This document shows, one piece after another, positions 12,825-25,300 of a stretch of 64,000 bases of DNA; position 1 is the first letter of the stretch; each line of letters begins with the position of its first letter. Below the pieces are notes generated by a model. That model was given only the letters and a program-made list of their open reading frames with translations, ran no database searches and was not told the DNA's origin. The stretch is from Octopus sinensis. Its lineage: Eukaryota. Made by a program: the position numbers and the translations under genes. The stretch covers positions 11,594,001-11,658,000 of the forward strand of contig NC_042999.1 in NCBI RefSeq assembly GCF_006345805.1, written 5' to 3'.

Positions 12825-14495
12825 GCCCTCTGGACACAGTATTTGGACAAAACAAACGGTTATGAGAGATACTCCACCAAGTGTGGATGAAGGTAGTGTG
12901 GTGATTTGACAGGAATATTAATGGGAAATAATTATATTAAAGAAAGAGTTGGTCTACAAACATGGAGAAGAGAAATATGATAAATGGTAAACAGTGCAGA
13001 GTAGGAAATGTCCCAGGATGGCAGGGAAAGAAGGATGAAGACACGAGCAGCAAACTCGTTCACTTTGCTTTGCTGTTTGGAGGGAAACGGTAGCCATGGA
13101 ATTTGATGTGCTTCTTCAATGATGTTGCATGAACACAATTAATGACAACTCATCAACACATTTTAATTAATCTTCTCAAATATCATGAAAGGTAATTTTA
13201 CTTGACTTAACCCTGTTTTATCCCCAGGTAAAAACATGGTCTGGAGATTTCTCTTATTTTTGAGGGGTCATTATTTTTGCATGCATCTGGTTCTCCCTGT
13301 GGAATCTGGTCAAGTGGTCAAGATTCATTAAGAAATGGTGACATTGTTTAAAGACAAACATTAATGCTTATAACTACAACCGAGAGATATTATTGACCAG
13401 ACATTCTCAACTAGGCCCAACTGCCTTGTGTTCACATTTCAAACCATTATTATGCCTGTTCTTTCAATACAATTTACAAGGACCATTCTCATCAGATTTG
13501 TAAGAGCGGCACAGACATTATTAACATGCTGAGCAGGAATTAGTTTCATGGATCAATGATGCAAGTTCAAATGGGGTCAGTCAGCTTTGACCATTGCATT
13601 TAATTCCATCATTGGTCTGCAGAAAATATTTACCAAATTCAGTTCAATAGACTACAGCTGCTCCAACATCATCTTTATAAGTACAAATTATATTATGCAA
13701 TGATGATGATGGTGATCTACATCTTCGGCAGGTCCTGCACAATCTTCATGGTCCAATTACTGAATGGAGGGAAGGCATCAATATAGCATGCAGCATGTCA
13801 GAAGATATCTCTTATGATACAGATTGGATCGGTTCCTTGGAAGAATACTTTGCATTCTCCAAGCAAGATGGAGAGGCTCTTGTCTGCTGACCATTCCGTC
13901 CACAGTAACTTTGGCATAATCACCAAGACAGGATGGCAGAAGACAAGATACTTAAAGCCTCATCTAAGAGCGTTTAGCCCTGTCATTTACAACCAAATGC
14001 AGATCCTCCATGGAAATATTTTTTTTCCATTTCTACATGTGCAACACTCTAGCAATGCAGGGTACCTCTGCTAGTAAAATCTTAAATATTTCACAGAGGA
14101 AACTACTCAAAATCGGTGAATCACAACTTAAATGCATGTTTTAAATGTTTACCAGTTTTCTTCTGGTTCTATGTATTTAAAATACACTCAAGGGACAAAA
14201 TATTCGACTCTATTTATTCTAGAAAATATTTGATTATTTATCATAGGTCAAAATAATCTCTAAATTGGGATCCCTTCTTGCGGATCATGCTAGGAGCACA
14301 AATGAATTTAGACAGAAATCAACAGAAAATTTGTAGCAAAGTTTTTTTTTTTGCCTTCGGTTTTTGTTATTTGTTAATCAAATGTAAAAGAGATCCTGGT
14401 TGTGATAGGAAATAAGGGACATTGAAGGGAGGCTACTCTTAGCTACTTTCCAAACCATCAGCAGCCTGTGCTGACCCTTGCCTAACAATTCTAAG

Positions 14496-14550
<55 letters not shown>

Positions 14551-14787
14551 TAAAACCTAGGTTTCAGCCAGTATAGGCCCAGGCCATGTCTAACTTAATA
14601 ACACCACTTGGTGAAATCTTTTAGATCATGATTCACACCTGTATATATATATATTTGATTAGAGGTTATGTTAACTTCATGAAGGGATGGTCTCATTGAA
14701 GGAAATGCCGGTTCAATACCTAGTATTTGGGGGGAATTAATTTCCTTAAAATAATAGGTATATATATATATAAAAACATTTAGTTTA

Positions 14788-15681
14788 TAAAAGAAGAAAG
14801 AGAAAATGGTGATTGGGAAGTTAATAATTGTTTATTATGAACAGCAAATTCATCATCTTCCCTTACAGCTGTTTCAGTGAATACTCAGTAAATATTAAGT
14901 AAATATCAAATTTATATTTATATGACTTGAGCCCTAATATCTTGAGTGGGGGGAAAAAAAAGAAGTGAATTGACCAACATGGATCTATATTAATTTCTTC
15001 TTATGTCCATATATAGACGCATATGCTCAGACACACATACATCCACACGTACACACATATCCATGCATATATACATGTACATGTGTTTACACTTTTTACC
15101 CATCACTCATCATCATCATCGTTTAACGTCTGATGAGTGATGAGTGATGGGTAAAAAGTGTAAACACATGTACATGGATATATGCATATACCCGTATTTG
15201 CATGGATATGTGTGGATGTATGTATGTCTGAGCATATGCGTCTCTGTACATGGACATACGGATACATAGATGTATGCGTGCAAACGAACATTCCATTCTT
15301 TTATTAACTATAAACTTACCTCATTTATATTTAAATTTCCTCCATCATCTCTATTTAATTTATTCATTTATTGTTCTAATTCTATTTACCTGACCTGTCT
15401 TATCTCCAATCAACCTGTAAACCACTCACCTGAACATATAACAATACAAATCATAAACAATATCCCTCAGTCTGCCATAATGAATCCATAGACACATATA
15501 AAACATCCAAGGGTATATCTTTCCCCTCTGAAGATATTTGGCTCAGGTCAGATGAACTGAATATTCACTGATGCTGCTGCTGCTGCTGAGTATTCATTGA
15601 AACGGCTGTAAGGGAAGATGGTTAATTTGCTGTTAATAGTAAACAATTATTAACTTCTCAATCTCCATTTTCTTTTCCTTC

Positions 15682-15682
<1 letters not shown>
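14788..15682. repeat. Nested fold-back structure (outer arms 14788-14960 / 15515-15682; inner arms 15002-15112 / 15138-15258)
   Basis: Both arm pairs are reverse complements by eye, e.g. CCCTTACAGCTGTTTCAGTGAATACTCAG versus CTGAGTATTCATTGAAACGGCTGTAAGGG, and GTGTTTACACTTTTTACCCATCACTCATCA versus its exact reverse complement. Confidence 0.8.
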
Positions 15683-15713
<31 letters not shown>

Positions 15714-15999
15714 AAGCATGCATACAGAGACATGCACACATACTCACTCACTGGACTGTGGCCGTGCTGGGGCACTGCTCTGAAAAGTTTAGTTGAATAA
15801 TTCAGATTCAGTTACATATTTTTTTTTAAAGTCTGGTATTTACTCCATCACTCATCATCATCATCGTTTTTGCAGAACCGCCAAATTACGGGGATGTAAA
15901 CAAACCAATACCTGTTGTCAGGCAGTGTAAGAGAACAAACATATATACACACACGATAGACTTCCCATACAGTTGCCGTCTACCAAATTCATTCATGTT

Positions 16000-16358
16000 G
16001 GGGCAAGCAAAATCGAAATCGAATTGAACCAGCCAGGATCCCTGGTCTGGTGGTACGTAAAAAGCACCATCCGACTCGTGGCCGATGCCAGCACCGCCTC
16101 GTCTGGCTTCCGTGCCGGTGGCACATAAAATACACCAATCCGACCGTGGCCGTTGCCAGCCTCGCCTGGCACCTGTGCAGGTGGCACGTAAAAAGCACCC
16201 ACTACACTCACGGAGTGGTTGGCGTTAGGAAGGGCATCCAGCTGTAGAAACACTGCCAGATAAGACTGGGCCTGGTGCAGCCTCCTGGCTTCCCAGATCC
16301 CCGGTCGAACCGTCCAACCCATGCTAGCATGGAGAACGGACGTTAAACGACGATGATG
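16000..16358. mobile_element. Young repeat (family A; RTE-LINE 3'UTR or SINE tail) nested inside a family-B SINE
   Basis: It is CpG-intact (GTGGCACGTAAAAAGCACC...CCAACCCATGCTAGCATGG...GTTAAACGACGATGATGA) and splits a family-B SINE between CCAAATTCATTCA and AAGCATTGGTTGGC. The same sequence follows the RTE coding tail at 63.85 kb. Older copies lie at about 12340, 28000, 33290 and 48400. Confidence 0.75.
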
Positions 16359-18339
16359 AAAGCATTGGTTGGCTCGGAGCTATAGAAGACACTTGCCCAA
16401 GTTGCCACACAATGGGACGGAAACTCCAGGCTGAACAATTATGTCGAGGGACTTCGCCCATAAATCACTAATTTTTCGATAGATGGCGTTGCCATGACCA
16501 AGAATATACTGCTCGACAGCATAAAAGCGTGTGTGTATAGGAAGGGGGGGACTCTTTCTATTTTCTTTCTCCTCCAACCACATTACGTGAGCAAGTTGAT
16601 TAACGAGACTGATTTCTGTCCAACCCTTGCCTCAGGGTAACAAGAAGCGAAAGGAAGGGGCAGGGGGGGCTTTTTAAGTTACTCCACTTCCATTGAGAAC
16701 AGGTGAGGATTAAACATTTCAAAAAAAAAAAAAAACTCCCCTTTACACACACACACACACGAGTAAATATTCAAATGAATATTCGTAAAGATGTCATTAT
16801 TATTAGCAGCAAATCTAAATAACTGATGATGATAATAATAATAACAACTTAGTGGCAGCAAGCGATATATATATATATATATTAATCGTAAGAAAGTTAC
16901 AAGCGTGATTGAAAGGCCGATTGTTTTCTTGCAATGCACGAAACTTCTGGCCTCTGAGTCACTTTCGAAACTTTACTTCTGCCGATTAAAAAGAAAAGGT
17001 GTTTATATCCCTGTATTGAGTTCATTCGACTTATTTGCCGAAATAAAAGCTACCCCAAACACCAGCTGCTTCCTAATTTAACAACTCTGACACAACCGAG
17101 CGCGCACACACACATTTTTATAGATAAATGTGTGTCTGTGTGATTAAATGCAAATGAAACAAAATATTGAAGAGAGTAATTGATATTAGTTGTCCGGTCT
17201 TGTTCAACCACTTGTCAATTGACGCATAAAACACAACTATAAAATTGTCTTTAAATTTATATCAATAAAAAATCTCTCTCTTTCATACACAATTTGCAAT
17301 TGTGTTGTGTGAACGTTTTACTCCTGAAACAAAAATCCTGACAGAAAAACCAGCCAAGTTTTAAACGTATCTAAAAGTAATGAATGGGGGACACGATTTG
17401 AAAATATCGTAATCACAAAAGAAAAGAAATTGCTACATGTCCCTCTGTAAATATAAATATAAAATTGCGCTATTATATTTGTATAACAAAGCAATCACGT
17501 GCGTGTTTGTAAGTATGAATTAGCAAGGTCAAGTAGAAAATATATTTAAGTTTCCTTTCACACACTTTTAGGGCCTGGCCTTGCTGTCTTTACGTTTTGC
17601 TTAGAGCCAGGATTAGGATTTCGACAGAAACTTTTTATCTCAGTTTTGTATGAATGAAAACTGATGCTACATCATGAGATAACACACACAAGTGGTCGGG
17701 GGTGGAGGGGGGACGTTATCTTTGTCTTTTGTATGTTTCTTTTTGCTTTCACAACTTTGCTACTGAAGCATATTCGGTGTCAGACAAGGACACAATGGTC
17801 CGGCATTATTAATTATTAAATAATAAAAAAACTGCGACTATCACCGTTGCTACAGCAACGTAATTTAGGTTGTGGGTTATCATAAAGCGAACTTTGCGTC
17901 ACAAACATGTGGACGTAGGTATGGTATAGTAACCAGGTGCGTCTGAGTTCGATCCCTCTGCACGGCAACGTTCAGTTGACTAGTATTTTATGAATGCTAT
18001 GCCGAAGCTAATGGTGTGATGTCTAACTGAACCAAAAGCACGAACAAAGGCAGTCAACAATGCATGCACGAGCTCGATCGATAACCTTGCGTAAAACCAA
18101 TCTTCATTTAGGGAGGCAAACAATCCTGCACTTAAAGCACAAATTCGGGGACCTGGGTCCTAAAATGCATGACACCCCCATTATCTTCTGTAATTTGGTA
18201 TCGTATTACTCACGTCATACTACTGAAAGGTTCCTGGCTTAGGGTCAAAGGAAATACAGAAGGATCAGTTAATTATGATTCTATTCACTATATTCCCCTC
18301 TCAAAGTCACACACTTATTGCAGGGGTCCTTCAGTTTTT

Positions 18340-18960
18340 CTAAGCCCTGTAAAAGAACTCAGAAGGTTGGGCCACCAACCGGGCCTTTCGCGACACCCTT
18401 AAAGCCAGGAGCTCTTCAGCACCCTCGTACACACGCACAGAGGCAATTCTTCGGTATTTGTAGACGACATTATTCACCCACACAAACTTCCCTCGTGATA
18501 TAAAAAGGACTAGACTGGAAAAAAGGGTGAAATGACATCGTTTGCTCCCACCGACATTCTGGTCGAAGGATAAATATAAATATTCTTGATCTTTCATGCG
18601 GTTCAACCAAAAGCTGCGGTCATGCTGGGGCACCGCCAGTATCATCATTTTTGCAATGGCTATTCTATCGTGATTAGCTTCGGGTGAAAGAGGGGGGTTT
18701 GGATATTGCTGTCCTCTTTTCAGAGTTTCTGGCGGTGACGTAGGTTCATTAGGGATCCTGGACAGCAGATGGTCCAAGTTGCTCCTCGAGAACATCGACC
18801 CCGCAATGAAAAGGTGTCCAACTGAGTCATCTCCCTTGACTTTACCCTGGGCCCTTTTTCTGTGCAAGGTAAAAATATTTAATTTGACAAAGTACCCGAC
18901 CCAATAATATATAAGTAACCAGGTCGAAGGCGTTGAAGTCATCAATGACTGCGAGTCCAT
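18340..18960 (-). CDS. Unidentified 206-codon open frame in unique sequence; candidate terminal coding exon from an acceptor near 18862
   Basis: This is the longest non-microsatellite, non-transposase ORF. There is an internal pyrimidine-rich acceptor (TTTTTACCTTGCACAG|A). No family was recognised. Confidence 0.3.
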   Translation of the reverse strand: MDSQSLMTSTPSTWLLIYYWVGYFVKLNIFTLHRKRAQGKVKGDDSVGHLFIAGSMFSRSNLDHLLSRIPNEPTSPPETLKRGQQYPNPPLSPEANHDRIAIAKMMILAVPQHDRSFWLNRMKDQEYLYLSFDQNVGGSKRCHFTLFSSLVLFISRGKFVWVNNVVYKYRRIASVRVYEGAEELLALRVSRKARLVAQPSEFFYRA

Positions 18961-21063
18961 AGGCAGAAGCCGGTGAAAGTATTAAAGAAATTTGGATTGC
19001 TTTATAACACACGGAATGGTGAATATTTATATATAAGAAGACCCTTACCAAAAGAAAATACTCAAATATTTTTTCTTTATAAATTTTATTCTAAGACATA
19101 ATCCGGAAGCTGCTGTTATAATCTAAAGTGTATTTTAAAAATCGAGCTGGCAAATATTTCTCTTCTATTTCTCATAGAAGTTAATAATTCGCTATTCCCG
19201 GACACCTTTTGACTCTGACGGTCATTCATCGGTGCTTTAAAACAAGATAATCTCAACTGTCTGTCAACCTGTGTAGATTATGAAAAAACAAAAATAGGTG
19301 AAACTGGAACAAATTTTGACAGTTTGGAAATAACCATCACAACACCCTAAAAGTGTGGCAAAGAATTGGGGTGGAGGGTGATTTTCTAGTCTATTTTTTA
19401 AGCATTTTTCTATTTCATACAACAGAAATTACTTATATTTTACTTTTCTAAAAATTTTAATATTTTACATTTCGGCTTCCAAATTCTTTACTCGTGCTAA
19501 CTTCTGGTGGAAGTTGCTCCTAAACTCCGAGGTTCGTTTATTTTCCATTGCAAGGAATTGATAAGAGCTAAAAAAAAAATCTTGTGATCAACAAAAGCTT
19601 AAACCTTTTGAGAAAAGAACCCCACGGACTTTCGGGCGAGCTGCCACGAATGGAATGTTACTTTATACAATATGGAATATTATAAAAATACAAGAAATTC
19701 TTGAGTTCTCATTTATACGTTATAAGATTTATTCCACTATTCCAACATTTGAGAATAATCAAAAGATCGTCAAATGTTTTAATAAAAATAAAACACTATC
19801 GGGTTTATTGAACAGATTAATTCATAATTGACTTCGTTTCGCTTACAAGGGAAAGCCACGTCTGTTTTTATACCCCCCCCCCGGGTTGTTTCAGTTTCAC
19901 TATTTGGTCCCTTCAAATATATTCTTTACCTAAAATTCACGATTTAATAGCAACGTAAATGACTAAATTGTCAAAGTAAGTTCGAAAGGCCTACATAATC
20001 CTAATCACACTGCTAGACTCTTCCATAAACATGTTACAATCTTAATAGGAGAGATTAGCAGAAAAACAAACCCATCTCTAAATAACAACGATAAGACAAT
20101 CCTTCGGTAAAAGTCTATGAGCGACAGGAAAGCAGTCGGGGGGGGGGGGGCACAATTCTGTGGGAATGCCTAATAATCCGAGAGGGTGAAAGTGGACCTC
20201 GGCGGAAATTGAACTCAGAACGTAAAGATGGACGAAATGCCGCGAGGGCCTAAAATTGTGGTGAGAGGCGGGGCGGGCTTGACCCTTGTTCTGTACAGGG
20301 ACTTATTTCACCGTCCCCGGCGATAACTGCAACATTCCTAAGAAGTCATAAACATTTGAAAATATTAAAAAAGAAAATTTTTAATCAATTTCCATTTTAA
20401 ATTTCCTATTTGCTGACTCAGACCAAATACGATGAGTTTCCTAGAATCCTACCGTTTGCCGACATTCTGTCTTTGGACAGACTTTGGTTGAAGAACTGGA
20501 ACAAAGTCGGCAATAACGACAAAGCTAAACTCATGTTTTGGAACAATGGATATAAAACAGGCGAATCATCATCATTAAAGACAAACATTAATTAATAATC
20601 ACAACCAATTTGTTCGACGGAAGCTGTCTGGAAGTGTGTGTGTGTCGCAGGTCCCACCGCCTGATAACTGGGGTTGGTTTGTTTACGTTTCCGTAACTTT
20701 GCACTTCGGCAAAGAGTCCCCAAAAGTTTTCAAGCTTTTAAAGAATAAGTACTGGGGTCGATTTCTTTGACTAAAAAAAACTCTTTAAGGCGGTGCTTCA
20801 GCATGGCCGCAGACCAAGGATTAAACTAAGAAATAATAATAATAAAAGCTAAGTTACGGCATGGAAATAATACGGAAATACTCAGAGCCCTGACAGGGAA
20901 ATCTTGCGGTGATAAGGAGAAATTCTGAAGAGATAAAAGGAAAAGAAGAAATTTAAAAGGAATCCACCTGAAAGAGCAGGCACGTTTTAAAAAGGTTAGA
21001 AAATGACATCAACAAAAGCCCAGCATTGTGTATATAATACATACATACTTATGTATGTGTGTG

Positions 21064-21098
<35 letters not shown>

Positions 21099-22429
21099 TC
21101 GGCATAAAGAGGGAAACAGCCATAATGTGAAGTTCTGAAAGCAGATGGTTTGGCTGCTGCTGCTGCTATTATTCGCGTTGCTCAACCGTCGCCACTTGTA
21201 ATTATGTTACAACCATTTAAACATCTCCACCTCCACCACACAGGATTAATAGCTTTCACCTACTGCTACTATTTCTACAGGGTGAAAGAGGAAACTTCGA
21301 GGTAGTCGCTCGAACTGCTAGATATAGCAGACAAATCTCTATTAAATTACATCCAAATCATATAAAGGGGAACGTGTTGGTATCAATTAATATATGTCGT
21401 CCTAAGGTGGTTAACAGGCAGAATCGTTAACGCTTCGGTCAAAATGCTTGCCTACATTTCTTCAAGTTCTGAGTTCAAATTCCGCTGAGGTTGCTTTTTA
21501 CATTTCATCCTTTTGGTGTTGATGTAACCAACTTAACTTCGCCCCCAAAATTGAAACTATTATCTATTAAGTCCTGATTTACATACAAACGAGATTTGAA
21601 GTTCACGGTTGGCGCGCTTTTGGCTTGGTCGACGAAGGCTGCTAACCTGGAGTCAAAACAAACAAGTACCAAAGATAATCGATAGCAGCCTTGTTGTTCC
21701 TGTTAAGGTTTGTTCGCATCAACAACGGCCCACCACACACTCAACGGTTTCTGATTTAGAAACAAGGCAATTTGAAGGGAGGGGCAGTACCTTTATTATT
21801 TTATGATCCCTAAAAGGATGAAAAGTAAAGTTAACCACACTTGGAAGAAATGCCGCGAAACCTTTATTCCGACAACTGTTAACATGTCGATTATTAATAA
21901 TCGATTCGATTATTAACTCTCACAAAATTAGAGTTGCTTTCTCCAACACTAAGAATCTCTCACAATACCAATCTGCTAAATAAAGGTTCTTTATCTGGGA
22001 GTTCCAACATTAAGCTCGTTAATTCCAACCCCTCATATAATAATAATAATAATAATAATAATGTCGTCTGCTGGTAATTATGCCCCCCCCCCATTTCCAT
22101 AGCTAGGAATTTATTCCACCTTAACTACAGCTAGGTTTGATCTAGAATTGGAAGGAACTCGTATCCATACCATTTCCAATTCAGTAATATCAACTCTCAT
22201 ATTTTAAAACAATTCATGGGGAACCCCTTACTGGGAAAGGAGATCCACTTCAACCAATCGGGACCACGTCTGTTTTGCAGGCTGGCTTGGGTTGGATGGT
22301 TGAAACAAGTGAGAGTGCTCTGTGCCAAGCTCCAATGTCTGCTTCAACATGGTCTCTACAGTTGGACGTTACTCCTAACGCCAACCAATTTACAAAGTGT
22401 ATAATATGCACCCTCAGATAAGATCAACA

Positions 22430-23100
22430 AAGTAATTGCATGGTGGTACTAAAGTGACAGCCAGAGCGGGGAGAGGAGCAGCAAGGCACCTTGAAACCAA
22501 ATGGCAGAGGACAATTGACAAATAAAGGAGATGGGAAGGATGGAGAAGCTGGACTTGGACCAGAACGCTAGCAGGAAACAGAGCTGGTTGGAGAGATTGT
22601 GTTGTGACATTAGGTACCTCATGGCGCAGAGAGAACTTAGTGATGCCAGCACTATTTGGGTGTAATATTGGGGGAGGTGAAGTTATCGTAGACAGATGGG
22701 AACAGGTACTTTGCTGAAGAGGAGACACATGGCTTCTCTAGCTGGAAAAGAGAGAGAAATGGTGAAGGCCCATATGGAAAAAAATGCTTCTTCACCCCAC
22801 CAACCATCTCTATCATTAGTTTTGTTTGAAAGAAGGAACTGTGCCCACAAGATCTGTTGAGGTTATCCAATAGCAGCAAGATTAACATAGATTAACATAT
22901 TTCGTCTGGATGATTGCAGGTAAACCATGGACATGGAGGGAATTCCAAGGATTAAATGTTTGATGAGGTAAGAGAGGGATAGAACAATGTTGAACTGGTT
23001 AATGTGGGTCCTGGGTGGTGAACAGAATAAAGGTGAGAAGAGTAGGAGAGAGCCTGGGTGGGAGTGGTACAAGAATCGCCAGTTTAGAGGAACAGAGAGC
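22430..23100 (-). pseudogene. Possible degenerate LINE endonuclease or linker fragment
   Basis: Broken frames give ILG..(F)HVH, LDNLNRS and AFWSKSSFS, reminiscent of the Jockey/CR1 EN motif ILGDFNVHH and the downstream linker. Confidence 0.3.
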
Positions 23101-23329
23101 AGCTCTGGACAAGAGGCTGGAGATGTCTGTGACTTGAGACCATTCTGTCAGGTGACATTTCTTTGGATACAGTCAAGGACATCATTTACATGGAGTTACA
23201 GTATGGCCGAATGGTTAAGAAGTTTGCATTGCCCAGGTTCACTCTCACTGCACGACATCTTTGTCAAATATCATTTTCTATAGCCCCAGGGGTGACTAAA
23301 ACCTTCAGAGTGAGCAAAATTGGGGAGAT

Positions 23330-25300
23330 GGAAACAGCATACTACAGACCTGTCAGGTAAATTATACCTGTAATTCAAAAGACAGCCTTGCCACACACTG
23401 TTTGGTTGATTCTGTCTTGAAACCACATTCAAGGTGCATGTCTGTGGAATACTCACCTACTAACGCATTAATTCAGGAGCAGGTAATCCTGGTTATCAAA
23501 CAATTGAATCCTTATCACCAAATGATGGAGAAGAGGGTCCTACCACCACCACCACCGCCATACATCTCTACATTTATGCAACACCATCCCAGAGAGAGAA
23601 GTAATACTTTCTTGAATGTCTCTCTTGAGCATTTCAGAGAATTATTAGCTAATGGTCAGTAGTTAATTTAGGACTGAAGTACCTCCTGAGCCTGTCAAGG
23701 AAAGCCAATCTTTGCTCAATCAAAGCGTATTCTTCAGAGATGCTGACCTCTGATATTTGTAATGACCTTGAAGTCGTGTGTTGTTCATATTTAACGGAAA
23801 TAGGAAGGATAGTATTTTGTGGATGTTGAGTGATGTCTTTTGTAATACAGAAGGAAACAACATTGGCATGACCACCATTCCTCGTTGGAGAGTGTTTTTG
23901 AGATTATCACTCATAGGGTCAGTGCACATTTGGTGGAAGGTAAGGTTTTGGAGAATCACCACAGGGTTCTCTATGCAAAGTTGGGCCATCCATAAAGTAA
24001 TTTTGTCCCTGCTTTAATGCCCAAAACTTTTTCCTGAAATGGGGATGCATCTTTTATGCCATCAAATACAGTAGGTTGGCAGGATGTAGGGGGCGAAACC
24101 AAACCTTATTAGAACACACCAATGTTGATAGAATGTAAGACAGAGAGAGAGAGAAAGAAGGGGGGAAAGAAAGAGAGAGATTCATCAACAGACAAGACGT
24201 AGTTGGAGCCAACAAGTGGATAACCTTTACCAGGGGGTTCACTTCCTATCACTCACAGTTGAATGAGATGCAGGAAGACAGATGCTAAATGGCAATGACA
24301 ATGGTGTATCAAGTGCACCTTCACCACCAAATATCTTGATGGCAAAGGCCTGCCCACTAACGACATGAGAAAGTAGGTTTCCAGTAAATCAAGTGCAACG
24401 AAACCAAGAGAGAGATGGGTGTCGAGATGTTCGAGAATGTTGATGGCTGACCCCATCACTTTTGAAATGCTGGATAAACAAACAATAAGATGAAAGCTGG
24501 ACAGTTCAGAAGAAATGCCCTTCTTGGATTGGGTCATGATTATAGCTGGTTTCCAAATCTTGGGATAAATCCATGCTGTAGATAATTGAAGAATTTGATT
24601 AAGGGTAAGCAATTTATGATGAATAGGGAGCAGCCTTGTTGGCTGAAGGAACTGAGAATGCTTTCACAATTAGTGTTTTGGTTCATTGAGCGTGAAGGTG
24701 TGGGGTGGGGAGAGATGCAACTAGTGTGTCCAGTGTGAAGTTGGATGCTGAGAGGACAGAAAATGAAGAAGAAGCTTTCTCTGCAGAGGAGTTGAGAAGG
24801 GGAAAGAACAAGGTTGGCTGAAATCCATTTGACATGTAACAAGGATTGGCTGCAGTTTTTGAAAGAGCAGACAGCTTGCAGGATGTCCACAGCAGAGAGA
24901 CATCTTTCATGTTTTGGATGAGGATCTTGCAGAAGTTTTAGGAAATGGAGGATGAAAGCCGTCCAGTTTTCCCAAGTGTTGCAAACAGACCATTGCTGTT
25001 TACTTAAGGCTGCTGTAGTGCAGTCATGAGTGAATCCCTATTTGTGTTGGTTCTGGGATGTGAAAGGGACCATGACGTAGCTGAGGCAGTGATTGGATGA
25101 CTGATACATATGAAGATGGTTGAAAGAGGCTGGGTTTGAACTGTGTGTGTCAAGGATGGAAGCAATTGTTGTAAAGAGTTGAGGATTGCAAAAGATTCGG
25201 CAAAAGTACGGGAAGCAAGAGGTACAAGATGATGACTTTTGATAGGAGTGAAGAGATTTTGGTGGTTGGAGGAATTGGGAAAAGAAGAAGCGGATCTCTT
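23330..25300 (-). pseudogene. Fossil Jockey/CR1-type LINE reverse transcriptase (many stops and frameshifts)
   Basis: Motifs occur in the expected order on the minus strand: YPKIWKPAIIMTQSKKG..SSFHLIVCLSSISKVM (cf. FPxxWKxAxxxPxPKKG..NYRPIxLxSxxSKV), LLAPTTSCLLMN (cf. VLSPTLFLLFIN), FMDGPTLH (decayed YADDSTLH), NVVSF..TK, RLRRYFSP, YFHRH. Confidence 0.65.

Noticed and set aside
13400-14000. Coding-looking unique sequence
   Set aside because: All frames are interrupted and I found no convincing motif or splice-bounded frame; it is possibly an old TE but unsupported.
15989-16322. Overlapping ORFs of 65-109 aa
   Set aside because: They lie entirely within repeat family A; the same pseudo-peptides recur at 28, 33 and 48 kb.
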